A stretch of 64,000 nt of DNA, from NCBI GenBank assembly GCA_964236955.1, contig CAXSGP010000003.1, forward strand, positions 1-64,000. Direction: 5' to 3'. The notes under the pieces were generated by a model. The model saw only the letters and a program-made list of their open reading frames with translations. It made no database searches and had not been told where the DNA came from. The stretch comes from an uncultured Oligoflexus sp. GTDB lineage: Bacteria; Bdellovibrionota_B; Oligoflexia; Oligoflexales; Oligoflexaceae. Each line of letters begins with the position of its first letter. The first letter of the stretch is position 1. Both the position numbers and the translations under genes were made by a program. Positions 18,116 to 28,049 of the stretch are shown here, piece after piece.

Positions 18116-19351
18116 GTGGAAACAACAACAGAGATCCTAACAAATCTTTGGAGCTTCAACTGGGGAGCGATGGAAGTTCTGATCGGGGGCAAATCTTCGA
18201 TCGATCTGACCGAACTTGAGATTCGAGATCATAAGGATGCTTCGGAATTTCTTCGGTACTATGGCTATGATCCTGAAAATGCTCAAGACGCTCAGAAGAT
18301 CCATTCGGTGATCGCAGAAGCGTGGAACTTCATAGAAAAGTACCTGATCCCAGCCGAATGGAGCGCGGGCCGAAGGCCACCCGATGATCTATTAATGGCC
18401 GATGATGCGTGCGTGATACTGCTGGCAGCTTCCGACCGACGGGCAGAGGGTGCATTGCGTCAGGCTTGGGCCTGTGCGGTATTGAGAGTTATGCATACGC
18501 TCGCCCATATCGATGGCGTTGCGAAATTTGCCGATGTCGAGGCCGCCCGAACGCAGATCATGAATCGATTTCTCAAGTATATCTTTCGCAACTCCGAAGG
18601 CCAACTCTGCTTTGGAAGCCGCGAGGTATCGGTGCAACTCGATCGCATCGAATGGAAACTGCGCAAATCCCGCGAGTCGATTCTTCTCAAGCTATTGCAT
18701 AAAAAAGCCAACGTTGCGGAAACAATCTACGATTTGTTAGGAATACGGATCATAACCAAGAATCTTTCGGATGTGATGGTCGTCGTGAAATTTCTTCGGG
18801 AATTCCATATGGTCTCTTTTCCAAATTGCAATCCGGCACGTGCCCGCAATTCGCTTATCGACATTGAAGGTTTTAAACACAATGTCGACATGCTCCGGGA
18901 GATGCTGGAGGAGGGGCGTATACAGCCGCACGAATTTACAAATATTCTGCAGGGCTTAACTAAGCCAATTAAGCTCGGAAATCACGCGAATCCTCATACA
19001 GGAAAAGACTATCGAGCCGTGCAGTTGACCTGTCGCCAGCTCATTCGTTATCCTAACCCATCCCTGCACTGGCAAACTAAGATGGGCCGCTTTATTGAAG
19101 AAGGGCAGGGCACGCCTCTCATGTTGGAGGTTTGTAAAGAAATATTGCTGATGGCGGCATCGGAGGAAAAAGTTATCGATGGTTTCTTTCCCTTTGAACT
19201 GCAAGTCATGGACGAAGAGTCAGCGGCTCAAAATGCGATCGGCGATGCCGCCCATGACCGCTACAAACAGTCGCAGGTGAAAGCAGCCCGGCGGCGCGTT
19301 TTGCATAGAGTTCTGACGTTGAATGAGATAAGTTCTTTTCGCAGCAGTTGA
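18116..19351 (+). CDS. TIGR04552-like protein (RelA/SpoT-type nucleotidyltransferase fold)
   Basis: KSRESILLKLLHK..NVAE.IYD.LGIRIIT, YRAVQ.TCRQLI, FPFELQV, H..YK..Q..AR.RV. Start is GTG 18116 or TTG 18092. Confidence 0.8.
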   Translation: METTTEILTNLWSFNWGAMEVLIGGKSSIDLTELEIRDHKDASEFLRYYGYDPENAQDAQKIHSVIAEAWNFIEKYLIPAEWSAGRRPPDDLLMADDACVILLAASDRRAEGALRQAWACAVLRVMHTLAHIDGVAKFADVEAARTQIMNRFLKYIFRNSEGQLCFGSREVSVQLDRIEWKLRKSRESILLKLLHKKANVAETIYDLLGIRIITKNLSDVMVVVKFLREFHMVSFPNCNPARARNSLIDIEGFKHNVDMLREMLEEGRIQPHEFTNILQGLTKPIKLGNHANPHTGKDYRAVQLTCRQLIRYPNPSLHWQTKMGRFIEEGQGTPLMLEVCKEILLMAASEEKVIDGFFPFELQVMDEESAAQNAIGDAAHDRYKQSQVKAARRRVLHRVLTLNEISSFRSS

Positions 19352-19386
19352 TGGATGCAACGTTTTAAGAGGGTTTTCCCGGCTCC

Positions 19387-20676
19387 TTATAAACGGCCTG
19401 TTAACCATTTTGGATATTTTGCGGTCTGGATACGCTGGCTTCGATAGATCCCCTGATGCCCACTAAAAAAATAAGCGGTCACACAAACGATTGCGAAATA
19501 GCCGATAAATTCGCTGCCAAAAAGTTCGGCACCCATGATAGTGCCCGCCCAGCGGGTATGAGTTGCTGCGGAAAACACGGCTACAAATCCAAGACCAGCT
19601 AAAAAATCCACGGGTAGCCCGAGGGGTATCGATAGTGCCGCTCCCAGACTTGCCCCAATAAAAAATAGCGGAGTTGCTTCGCCACCTTTAAAACCCGAAC
19701 TCAAGGTGATAACGGTAAAAAGAAGTTTCCAGAACCAGTCCCAAGCGTCGACGCCGCCAGGCTCAAAGGCCTTTAGGATAGAGGCCGCAAGGGGATTGGG
19801 ATTGCTTACGCCGAGGCCCAGATAATCGTCCTTGCCAAGTATAAGCGTGAGAAGAATAACCAGCCCTCCCCCTAAGAGCGGCGGCACCCAGGACCGATTT
19901 AATATTTTTTGCCAAAATTTTTTTAGAGTAAAAAGAAGCTGGGCGAAGATAAGGCTGCAGAGACCAAAGGTTGCTCCGGCTATGATGATCTTGGCCAAAA
20001 ACGGCGGATTAAAGGCCAAAAGATGAAGATCGGGCGGCAGGGCTGCAATCCGGTAAACTGTATGGTGCACAGTCCAAAAGCCGCACACCCGATCGGCAAT
20101 CAGGCTTCCGGCGATCGTGAGGGGCAGGGCCTGATAACGAAAGCCGCCAATGCCGAGAACTTCGACCGCAAAAATTGCCCCAGTCCACGGCGTTCCAAAA
20201 ACTGCTGCGAATCCTGCCGCCATTCCGCAGAGCATGAGTTGAGCCCGGACCTCCTTAGAAAAGGATCCGCAACAGGCAAATCCGTGACCGAGGCTGCCAC
20301 CGATTTGTACCGCGCTGCCTTCGCGGCCCGCCGAGCCTCCACAAAGGTGGGTGAGCAGGGTCGAAAAGAAAATAAAGGGTGCCATCCGGATTGGGACTTG
20401 AGCCCTTCCCTGAGCTAAATCCTCGAGCAAAAGATCATTGCCACCTGCAGATCCCTTACCCCATTTTTGGTAGCCGACAACGATGAGAACCCCGCAGAGG
20501 GGAAGTCCATAGAGAAGACCGCGATGCTCAAATCTAAGGCGCGTGACAGCATCGAGGGCAAGGAGAAAGCCGGCAACGATGCTACCGACAGTTGTGGCCA
20601 ATAAAGGAATGATTAGCATCCATCGCGCTAGGGCGGTGCTGAGAATTATGTTCATATATTGTAAGACTTTGGTCAT
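19387..20676 (-). CDS. CLC-family anion channel/antiporter, fluoride-exporter (CLC-F)-like
   Basis: GGNDL, GGSAGREGSAVQ and GFKGGEATPLF resemble the CLC-F signatures GNNLI/GREGT/GEVTP. Confidence 0.88.
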   Translation of the reverse strand: MTKVLQYMNIILSTALARWMLIIPLLATTVGSIVAGFLLALDAVTRLRFEHRGLLYGLPLCGVLIVVGYQKWGKGSAGGNDLLLEDLAQGRAQVPIRMAPFIFFSTLLTHLCGGSAGREGSAVQIGGSLGHGFACCGSFSKEVRAQLMLCGMAAGFAAVFGTPWTGAIFAVEVLGIGGFRYQALPLTIAGSLIADRVCGFWTVHHTVYRIAALPPDLHLLAFNPPFLAKIIIAGATFGLCSLIFAQLLFTLKKFWQKILNRSWVPPLLGGGLVILLTLILGKDDYLGLGVSNPNPLAASILKAFEPGGVDAWDWFWKLLFTVITLSSGFKGGEATPLFFIGASLGAALSIPLGLPVDFLAGLGFVAVFSAATHTRWAGTIMGAELFGSEFIGYFAIVCVTAYFFSGHQGIYRSQRIQTAKYPKWLTGRL

Positions 20677-20816
20677 GCACCTCATCCTTTTTCTACTGCT
20701 TACCGGCCGCTAAGTCGCTTGGCTTTAAAGGGAAGAATCCGGCTTAGCTCCCTGTCACCATTCCGAGAGTCGAAGGATTTTTGCCAAGGGACCAAAGAGT
20801 AGCGAGCGGATCTTGG

Positions 20817-20843
20817 TCAGTTTTTTGTAGTTTATACCGATAG
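20817..20843 (+). promoter_or_regulatory. Sigma28/FliA-like promoter
   Basis: TCAG-N15-ACCGATAG upstream of the CHASE2 gene. Confidence 0.45.
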
Positions 20844-20885
20844 CCCAGAAGGAGTGAACCTATAAGCGGGCGAGGTCTCAGACTG

Positions 20886-22205
20886 ATGGCAACCGATCCA
20901 AAACCAAGATCCATCTTCCTCGACGGACGATCTTGGCCCTTGTTTCACGGACTCGCGAGTTTATTTCTCGTGACGCTGTTCGTGCTGCATTGGACCGGTC
21001 TCGACGCTATTTTTGACAACCGCATCAGTTCGCCACTGTTATTTCAAGCTCGGGAGATGCTGGATCGGTCGGCTCCCCTCAATCCCCGTATCAAGATCCT
21101 TGCTCTCGATGATAGCACCTTCTCCTACTTGGGTGGACCGCGCCTCAGCTATGAGCAACTCGATACTCTGCTGAATCACCTGGCAAGCAAAAAACCGAAA
21201 GCCATACTCATCGATAGTTTGCTGGCTGATACCCCCCTGAGTGTGCCTCAGGCTTATACGGGACACGTCGATGTTCCTGTGTACTCAGGTAGCTTCATGT
21301 CCAGCGTCAAACTCAAGTACCGACTGCAGTCCGATCTGTCATCAGATATCTACCGGCCGGAAAATTATCTCAAAGAAGTTTATAGTCTTAATCACCTGAA
21401 GTATAGGCTCGATAGCCATGAAGGCTGGTATGTCTATGGTCATTCCCGCTCCTATGATTCTCTGATCAAGGGCGCCGGTCATATTACTTACAACCGCGAT
21501 ACCACGATCTCACCCTTTTATCGACTCGACGACAAAACCATCATTCCACATCTGAGTCTGCTTGCTGCGGATTCAATAAAGATGGAAGAGGATAAACTCC
21601 TGGTCAATGGGCACGTCGTCCCGCTGACCAAAGCTGGCCGAATTATGATCAACCATAGAAATCCAGCTTTTTTCTATCAACGCGCGATGTCGCTGCGTTT
21701 CTTCGTGGAACGGGCCATGACTCATCAGCCCGAACCTAAAATCGAGGAAGGTGACGTCGTCATCATTCTCTTTGCGTTTGCCACGGGAAATACCGATTTT
21801 CACCAAGGCGGTCCTTACGGGGATATCCCCGGCGGCATGATAATCGCTTCCATGGTCTCCGATATCTTTGATGGGACCTGGCTCACCAAATGGGAAAGCG
21901 ATGGCTTATTAATCGTGCTTTTTGGGGTTTTTGGGATCGTCGTGGGTATCAATCTTTCAATACGTCGCTACCTGGTGGCTATGATCGCAATCTGGGTGAC
22001 GTATACCGCATTTGTCGTCGCCTGCTTTGTTTATGGCTCCATCTGGTGCCCTTGGGCCCTTCCCATGCTGGCATTCTCAGGCACGAGCCTCATTCACTTC
22101 GTCCATGTCCGAATTTACGAAGAAATGAAGCTTATGCTCATTGAGAGAAACTATCAAATCGAGATTGCCAAACGAATGGAGCGTAAGAGACGCAAGGCCT
22201 CTTAA
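20886..22205 (+). CDS. CHASE2-domain membrane sensor without an output domain
   Basis: N-terminal TM; IKILALDDST..LG; KPKAILID; PYG.IPG..I.A; 3 C-terminal TMs, then a short tail. Confidence 0.75.
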   Translation: MATDPKPRSIFLDGRSWPLFHGLASLFLVTLFVLHWTGLDAIFDNRISSPLLFQAREMLDRSAPLNPRIKILALDDSTFSYLGGPRLSYEQLDTLLNHLASKKPKAILIDSLLADTPLSVPQAYTGHVDVPVYSGSFMSSVKLKYRLQSDLSSDIYRPENYLKEVYSLNHLKYRLDSHEGWYVYGHSRSYDSLIKGAGHITYNRDTTISPFYRLDDKTIIPHLSLLAADSIKMEEDKLLVNGHVVPLTKAGRIMINHRNPAFFYQRAMSLRFFVERAMTHQPEPKIEEGDVVIILFAFATGNTDFHQGGPYGDIPGGMIIASMVSDIFDGTWLTKWESDGLLIVLFGVFGIVVGINLSIRRYLVAMIAIWVTYTAFVVACFVYGSIWCPWALPMLAFSGTSLIHFVHVRIYEEMKLMLIERNYQIEIAKRMERKRRKAS

Positions 22206-22389
22206 CGCGGTCCATAAGAGGCCCCTGGTCCACAAACGTGCCGCCCCGGTGCGAATATCCAAGATCATACTTGAAATAAACCTAGAACTTGGCCTAATGG
22301 AAGGAGCAGACAACTGCTCCATTTTTAACGGACATCCCACACGACCTTAAAGGGCGACAGTCGCCTTTTGGGGCGACACGGAGAGCGGC

Positions 22390-22923
22390 ATGAAGATTTG
22401 GTTTGGTTTCGCGGTACTTTTAATAAGCCTGAGTTTTACGGCCTGCACACACGAAAGTAAGGAAAATTTACCATTGACCGTTGCTCCGGTCGCTCCTGGC
22501 TGCGCCGAGCTAAGCCAAATAATTTGCACCCGCGAGTATGTGCCGACCAACTGTGTCATGGGCAAAGAGCAGTTCAGCGGAACCAATGCTTGCGAAGCTC
22601 GAAAACTCGCCAAGGCGTACGCTTGTGAGAAGAATGTTGCCTATGTCGAGACAGCCGTTTCCTGCTCAGCGAAAGCCGTCGCTGACGCGCAGAGTGCCAA
22701 GGATGCAGATGCCTGCGCGGGGGATGCAAAGCCTTGCACGCGGGAATATAGGCCCCAAGTCTGTCGCCTGGGTGAAGTGCTTGCCAAAGGCAACAACCAC
22801 TGCGAAGCGCTGAATGCTCTCAAAACTTCGGTTTGCTCGAAGAAACTAGTCTTTAACGAAGAAGAGGCGGCCTGCGAGGCGGCTAACTCCAGCCCTTCTC
22901 AAAAAGCAAAACGGAGTCGTTAA
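22390..22923 (+). CDS. Cys-rich lipoprotein with two Kazal-like repeats
   Basis: Lipobox FTAC; CTREYVPTNC..N.CEA and CTREYRPQVC..N.CEA. Confidence 0.75.
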   Translation: MKIWFGFAVLLISLSFTACTHESKENLPLTVAPVAPGCAELSQIICTREYVPTNCVMGKEQFSGTNACEARKLAKAYACEKNVAYVETAVSCSAKAVADAQSAKDADACAGDAKPCTREYRPQVCRLGEVLAKGNNHCEALNALKTSVCSKKLVFNEEEAACEAANSSPSQKAKRSR

Positions 22924-23861
22924 TGAATCCCTGGTTCCTGGGCGCTTATGCAGGTTACTCGTCATTTGAAGATAAAAATAAAGAAAATGATGCCACCTAT
23001 CTGCGGGGCCTGCAGGACCTGCCGCATATTGCCGGCTTAGAGTTGCCTTTTTACAGTGACCTAAGCGAAACGAACAGCGATAAAGTGCTGAGGTCCCTGC
23101 CCAAAAACTGGGACTATATTTTAACTCTTTTGCCGGGCACCATGCAGGCGATCGGCAAGCAAGCGGACTTCGGCCTGGCTTCAACCGCCTCTCCAGGCCG
23201 TAAAGCAGCGATGAATCGCATGACCATAGTGCACAGACGTATCCACGAAATTAACGAGCGCTGTGGCCGTGCAGCCGTTCGGGCAGTAGAATTGCATTCG
23301 GCTCCTACCAAACCCTTTGCCAGCGCGCAGGCTCTGTACAGCAGTCTTGAAGAGCTACAGACTTGGGACTGGCAGGGCGCAAGGCTGCTCCTTGAGCATT
23401 GCGACAGCTGGCGTCCGGACGGGGGGAGTATCAAGGGCTTTCTGGGACTGAAAGAGGAGCTTTCAGTCCTCAAGGATTTAGACGTCCGGCTGTCTTTAAA
23501 CTGGGGACGATCGGTGCTGGAGGAGCAGGATACCGAAACGGCAATACGGCACATCACGCTGGGCCGTGAGAAGTTGGGGGCTTACTTTTTCTCTGGGACA
23601 AGCTTAAACGATGCCGTCTATGGGTCATGGCGCGACAGCCATGCTCCACTCAAGCTGCAGTCAGACGCCGTTTGGGAACCTCAGCAGGGACTTTTAACAA
23701 GCAGGGAAGTCACGAGGGTCTGCAAACTTGTGCAAGATATTCCTGGGATACTATTAGGCATCAAGGTGCAGGCCGCTCCCGCATCGCTAACACTATTGCA
23801 AAGACTAGACTTTCTTGCGCAGCAGCTCGAGGCTTTTGAAAAGGCCCGAATCGCCGATTGA
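22923..23861 (+). CDS. DUF4862/YiaX1-like TIM-barrel protein
   Basis: GAY, GLELPF, PGTM..FGLAS....R..A, VELHSAP, WDW.GA.L.LEHCD, KGFL.L.EE, NWGRS, W.D.HAP. Confidence 0.8.
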   Translation: MNPWFLGAYAGYSSFEDKNKENDATYLRGLQDLPHIAGLELPFYSDLSETNSDKVLRSLPKNWDYILTLLPGTMQAIGKQADFGLASTASPGRKAAMNRMTIVHRRIHEINERCGRAAVRAVELHSAPTKPFASAQALYSSLEELQTWDWQGARLLLEHCDSWRPDGGSIKGFLGLKEELSVLKDLDVRLSLNWGRSVLEEQDTETAIRHITLGREKLGAYFFSGTSLNDAVYGSWRDSHAPLKLQSDAVWEPQQGLLTSREVTRVCKLVQDIPGILLGIKVQAAPASLTLLQRLDFLAQQLEAFEKARIAD

Positions 23862-24041
23862 TTGCGAAGCTGGGTAGGGCGTGGTACTTAGGCGTTGGCG
23901 CGAAATGGCTTTCATTTTGATGATGAGTTTTGAGGCAGAGCCCGCGACGATTTGGATATCAAACTCTGTGGTTTGCAGTCAGGGGGTAGGCCCTCGCCAT
24001 TTTTCGCTAAAGAGTCGAAACTCGAGAGTGGAGAGCCCGCC

Positions 24042-24848
24042 ATGCTTTTGGACAAGATTCGCAGACAAACAGTGGCTGCGATCAGCGAATATGATTTGAT
24101 CAAGGCTCACGATAAGGTGATGGTCGCGGTTTCTGGCGGCAAGGATTCTGCTGTCTTGCTTGTTCTGCTCGATTCCATTCGCCGCAAGGCCCCCTATCCC
24201 TTCACGCTTCATCCTGTTCTACTTGATCAGAAACAGCCCGGCTTTTCCGTGTCAGCCTTCAAAGACTGGGTACGGTCAAAGGGTTACGAACTGACGGTAC
24301 TTGAGCAGGATACCTACTCGATCGTTCTCGATAAGACCAAAGAGGGTAAATCCTATTGCGGCCTATGCTCGCGCCTAAGACGCGGCATACTCTATAATTA
24401 CGCCTTTGAAATGGGTTATGAAAAGATCGCCCTTGGGCATCATCGAGATGATTTGAATACGACCCTGATGATGAATCTATTTTTTAACGGCCGAATCGCC
24501 AGCATGCCTCCCAAGCTTAGGTCAGACGATGGCCGTAACATGATCATTCGGCCTTTGATTTATGTGGCTGAAGCCGATCTGAGAGCGGTCTCGGAAGAGG
24601 TTAATGTTCCAATCATCCCTTGCAATCTCTGTGGCTCGAATGGCAATATGCAGCGCAGTCGGGTAAAGACCCTGTTAATGGAACTCGAACGTGAGCATCC
24701 CTTCGTGGCTGCGAGTTTAATCAAAGCTCAACAGAATATTAGAGCTTCGCAATTGCTGGATAAGAACCATTGGTCATTCGAGGGTCTTGAGAATTTGCCA
24801 GAAGATACCGATCCCACTGCCAGGATGCAGAGCAACGGGCTGCTTTAG
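24042..24848 (+). CDS. ttcA: tRNA 2-thiocytidine(32) synthetase TtcA
   Basis: SGGKDS PP-loop, LDQKQPGF, CGLCSRLRRG, ALGHHRDD, MPPKL.SDDG, IIPCNLCGS. Confidence 0.95.
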   Translation: MLLDKIRRQTVAAISEYDLIKAHDKVMVAVSGGKDSAVLLVLLDSIRRKAPYPFTLHPVLLDQKQPGFSVSAFKDWVRSKGYELTVLEQDTYSIVLDKTKEGKSYCGLCSRLRRGILYNYAFEMGYEKIALGHHRDDLNTTLMMNLFFNGRIASMPPKLRSDDGRNMIIRPLIYVAEADLRAVSEEVNVPIIPCNLCGSNGNMQRSRVKTLLMELEREHPFVAASLIKAQQNIRASQLLDKNHWSFEGLENLPEDTDPTARMQSNGLL

Positions 24849-25100
24849 GACAAGGCCTATCGAGAATGTGGGTCTTCGTACCAAAAAACCACTCTATCTG
24901 GCAATCTTACAACCCGAATGTTTAAAATCTGGCCGTTAATATTCCAATAAATCCACCCATTTCGGGATTTGGCAAAATTAGGCTAAATTTCTAAATCGCT
25001 TTAACCGATAAGTGACTCTAAGCAGGAACCAAGAATTTTGCCTCGTCTACTAATGCAGTATTGGTAAACTCCGTAACATTCATGCCTAGAGGTCTTATCA

Positions 25101-25730
25101 ATGATTTTGCAGAACTGTTTCCACAAGACATTGCCCCTGGTTTTGCTTATAAGCTTCGCTTGTACGGAAGAGAGCAAATTTAATGCGGGGACCAAGGCTC
25201 AGGCTTTACAGGCCGAAGATACGGTACCAACCAGTGAAGCGCCGCCGCTGCTGCCGCCGCCTTCAGTCGAGGCACCGGTCGCGGAACATGCACCAGTAGC
25301 CGATATTCCCTGTGAAAAAGCCAATGTCCTTAAAGATGGCTTTCCAGCTGAAATCAGTTCCTGCTATGAATCCGGACGCGTCTGGAATTTCGATTCCAAA
25401 GAATGTGTCGTGATGAAGGCAGCAAAATTCAGCTGTGATTGGACTCATGTCATCTCAGAATTAGGAAAAATCGGTCTTGAAAGCCCTGATATCAATAAGG
25501 CGTCGACCAAGGACACGAGTATCCTTATCGGTTGCGGTCAGTCCGAGGATAACTCGCGTATCGTCGTGCAATGGATCAACGTGCCAGAGGGTAACGGCTG
25601 TAAGAACGTCCAGCCTGGTTTGACAATTACAGGGTGTTTCACCAATTACGGTACTAGGGTGCCTCCTCCTGTACCGACCAGCAAGGAAGAGCGCGATAGT
25701 CGTACATACGCCTGTATGAATGAGCTTTGA
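25101..25730 (+). CDS. Cys-rich lipoprotein, hypothetical
   Basis: Lipobox SFAC; Pro-rich linker; multiple Cys. Confidence 0.75.
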   Translation: MILQNCFHKTLPLVLLISFACTEESKFNAGTKAQALQAEDTVPTSEAPPLLPPPSVEAPVAEHAPVADIPCEKANVLKDGFPAEISSCYESGRVWNFDSKECVVMKAAKFSCDWTHVISELGKIGLESPDINKASTKDTSILIGCGQSEDNSRIVVQWINVPEGNGCKNVQPGLTITGCFTNYGTRVPPPVPTSKEERDSRTYACMNEL

Positions 25731-26013
25731 AAATGGAATGGATCTCTAGAATTCAAGTCATTTCTTAAAGATGTTGTGCGGAGGGAATTCCCTCCGTTTT
25801 TTTGGTTTGGAATTCTTAGCACCGGCTTTGGCTTCATGCAATCGCTTAGGGCCCGAACTGGGAGCGAATGAGTAATCCAGGCATCCAAGCTCAATTATGA
25901 CTCAATGAATTCTGAATCCTTCATCAGAATTATTTCCGGCTTAAGAAAATCTTAAATCTCTCAGAATTGAATATGAGTAATGTGTTGTAAATACAGCTGT
26001 TAGAGAGGAAATG

Positions 26014-26040
26014 AAAAAAGACAATTGCTGCAGCCGATAG
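26014..26040 (+). promoter_or_regulatory. Sigma28/FliA-like promoter
   Basis: AAAA-N15-GCCGATAG about 30 nt upstream of ATG 26070. Confidence 0.45.
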
Positions 26041-26069
26041 TGGCTTTAAGTCACTTGAGGATAATTAAA

Positions 26070-27734
26070 ATGGTCAAGGCATTCGCCATTTTCGTAATGG
26101 TCATGAGCTGTTCAGAGGTTAGCCTAGATTCGGCCGTCAATACCCTGGGTCATAATCAGGCCAAATCAATTCCAGCATCAGGTTCGACAACGACTTCAAG
26201 TCCTTCGGCTGGGGAAGAGAGTACTATAAATGCCGTAGAAGGGCAGTTACCCTCGGAATCTGAATCTCCAGTCGCTCCCGTGCAGATCACCGGAGCCTTC
26301 TTACATTGTGTCACCCTCCTGACCCCTGTGACAGAAGTTCCGACAACAGTTGTCGGCTGTCGGCTTGAGGACGCCAAAGGCGGGCATATTGCGCCTGAGA
26401 CGTCCGATGTGAAAGAAATATTTGTCTTGACCCCATCGACAGTTCAAGATGTTAGCGTAAGCTTAAAAACCCCGGTGGAATTGACCCGAAGATACGATGC
26501 CATCATCGAATCTGTCGGTAAAAATGCGGAGGTCAGTCAGCGGGCGGCTCAGGAGTCTGGTTTAGAGCTGACGATTCAGGATATGGCCAAAGGAAGTATT
26601 GGTGATTCTTTCAGTGGAGCCATCCAAAGTTTTTTAGCGCCGATAGTAGACCGTGGCCAGTGGAAAGTCTTCACAAATCCCGGGGGATCACTATATGTCG
26701 ATGAAACAACAAGTTTAACCTGGTCTGTTGACGATCAGATTCTTTATACCCGGGAGGAGGCAATAACGCAATGCGAGGCGTTAAATTACGGCAACAAAGG
26801 CAACTGGCGCTTGCCAAATATCGCTGAGCTGAAGCTTGCGGCATTAAATGGCCTTGGTCGCAACTATTCAGAGCCTCAGTACATGAACATAGCTTCCCAA
26901 TCCATCTATTGGTCTTCAAGCGGCTTAGCACCGGCGGCGCTTGCCTTAAGCCCTGTCTCAGGAGAGGCGATTTCAGCGGTTGCAAGTACCCGTTATTCGA
27001 GCCTTTGTGTGAGCGATGACTCAAATACAAATACGGCGGCCTCTACAGCACTGATCGGCAGTGTTCCGTGCGGCGGGGAAGGGGACTCTTGTTACGACAA
27101 TGCATCAGCGATGAGTGCGGGGCTGGCCATAACTCCGAAAAATAAGGCGATTGAATACGTGCTGGCCAACGGCGCGTTCTACGTCTGGAAGGAAGTCGGT
27201 GGAGAACGCGTTTTGAAGGCTAACGGTTCGGATCGTTGGGCTCGAAGCCTTAGGGAAAATGGGAAGGGTTTTTCAGATTCGTATTTTACTTCCTGGTCGA
27301 GTCTGGTGGGCCGCAAGTGTCCACCCAGTGTCTTCATTGATAATAACAATAAATTTTCGACCAACCACTGCCTCTATTATACTTCAGAAAATCAGCAGCC
27401 CCTTGATAGCAATGGATCGGATGGTAGCGATGGAATAAAAAACTGGACTGATAAAGCCTGGTATGTTGGAAATATAAAAGTCTGTTCGAAAAAAGGCATG
27501 CGTTTGCCGACAATTTTTGAGACCGCTACGACCAAAACAAGCTCATCAGATTACCCGACTTCAGACGGTGAACCAATCTTTGCCAAAGTCGAAGGTATTC
27601 CTTCGAATCGAATCAATACTTGGACCGCAACGTCGTCATCAAACGCTTCCAGTTCTTTTTGGTTTTGGTCAGCCACAGCAGCAGACAAAGCTGCTTACGG
27701 GAATAACCACGCCATTAGATGTGTATTGCCCTAA
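26070..27734 (+). CDS. Lipoprotein with DUF1566 (Lcl C-terminal/C-type-lectin-fold) domain(s)
   Basis: Lipobox VMSC; D.TT.LTW..A..QC..L.Y...WRLPNIAEL..YWSS..LCV; second C.KKGMRLPT..E..WTAT..IRCV. Confidence 0.8.
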   Translation: MVKAFAIFVMVMSCSEVSLDSAVNTLGHNQAKSIPASGSTTTSSPSAGEESTINAVEGQLPSESESPVAPVQITGAFLHCVTLLTPVTEVPTTVVGCRLEDAKGGHIAPETSDVKEIFVLTPSTVQDVSVSLKTPVELTRRYDAIIESVGKNAEVSQRAAQESGLELTIQDMAKGSIGDSFSGAIQSFLAPIVDRGQWKVFTNPGGSLYVDETTSLTWSVDDQILYTREEAITQCEALNYGNKGNWRLPNIAELKLAALNGLGRNYSEPQYMNIASQSIYWSSSGLAPAALALSPVSGEAISAVASTRYSSLCVSDDSNTNTAASTALIGSVPCGGEGDSCYDNASAMSAGLAITPKNKAIEYVLANGAFYVWKEVGGERVLKANGSDRWARSLRENGKGFSDSYFTSWSSLVGRKCPPSVFIDNNNKFSTNHCLYYTSENQQPLDSNGSDGSDGIKNWTDKAWYVGNIKVCSKKGMRLPTIFETATTKTSSSDYPTSDGEPIFAKVEGIPSNRINTWTATSSSNASSSFWFWSATAADKAAYGNNHAIRCVLP

Positions 27735-28049
27735 AACTGTTTTCCTTAACCTCATGGTTGTGACCTGCTCCTCAATTGGAAACACAAGGGTTTCGCAATA
27801 GAGATTCACCAGAGAACGAAATTTAGCTCTCGTGGCGATCTCGTCAAGCTTTTGAAACTTAATCTCTGAAAAGTTGAATTTCGGGCGTTTTTTTCGAAGG
27901 ATTCCCTCTGGAACCCCGGGTGGATGGTGACGGGGATTTGGTGAAAGTCGTGCTGGTCGCGAGCATCGAATTATTTATTGCGTTTGAAATCGAAAAGAAC
28001 GGATGGTAATCCATCGCTATCAAGGGAATTATCTCTGGAGGCAATAAAT

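Noticed and set aside
20686..20880. Fluoride riboswitch upstream of the CLC gene
   Set aside because: No GGxGAUG...GCUxAUGA...CUAC pattern found by eye
22141..22350. Possible frameshifted output domain of the CHASE2 protein
   Set aside because: No kinase, cyclase or GGDEF motifs, and too little space before the next gene
26070..28000. Diversity-generating retroelement
   Set aside because: No reverse transcriptase or template repeat seen in the window
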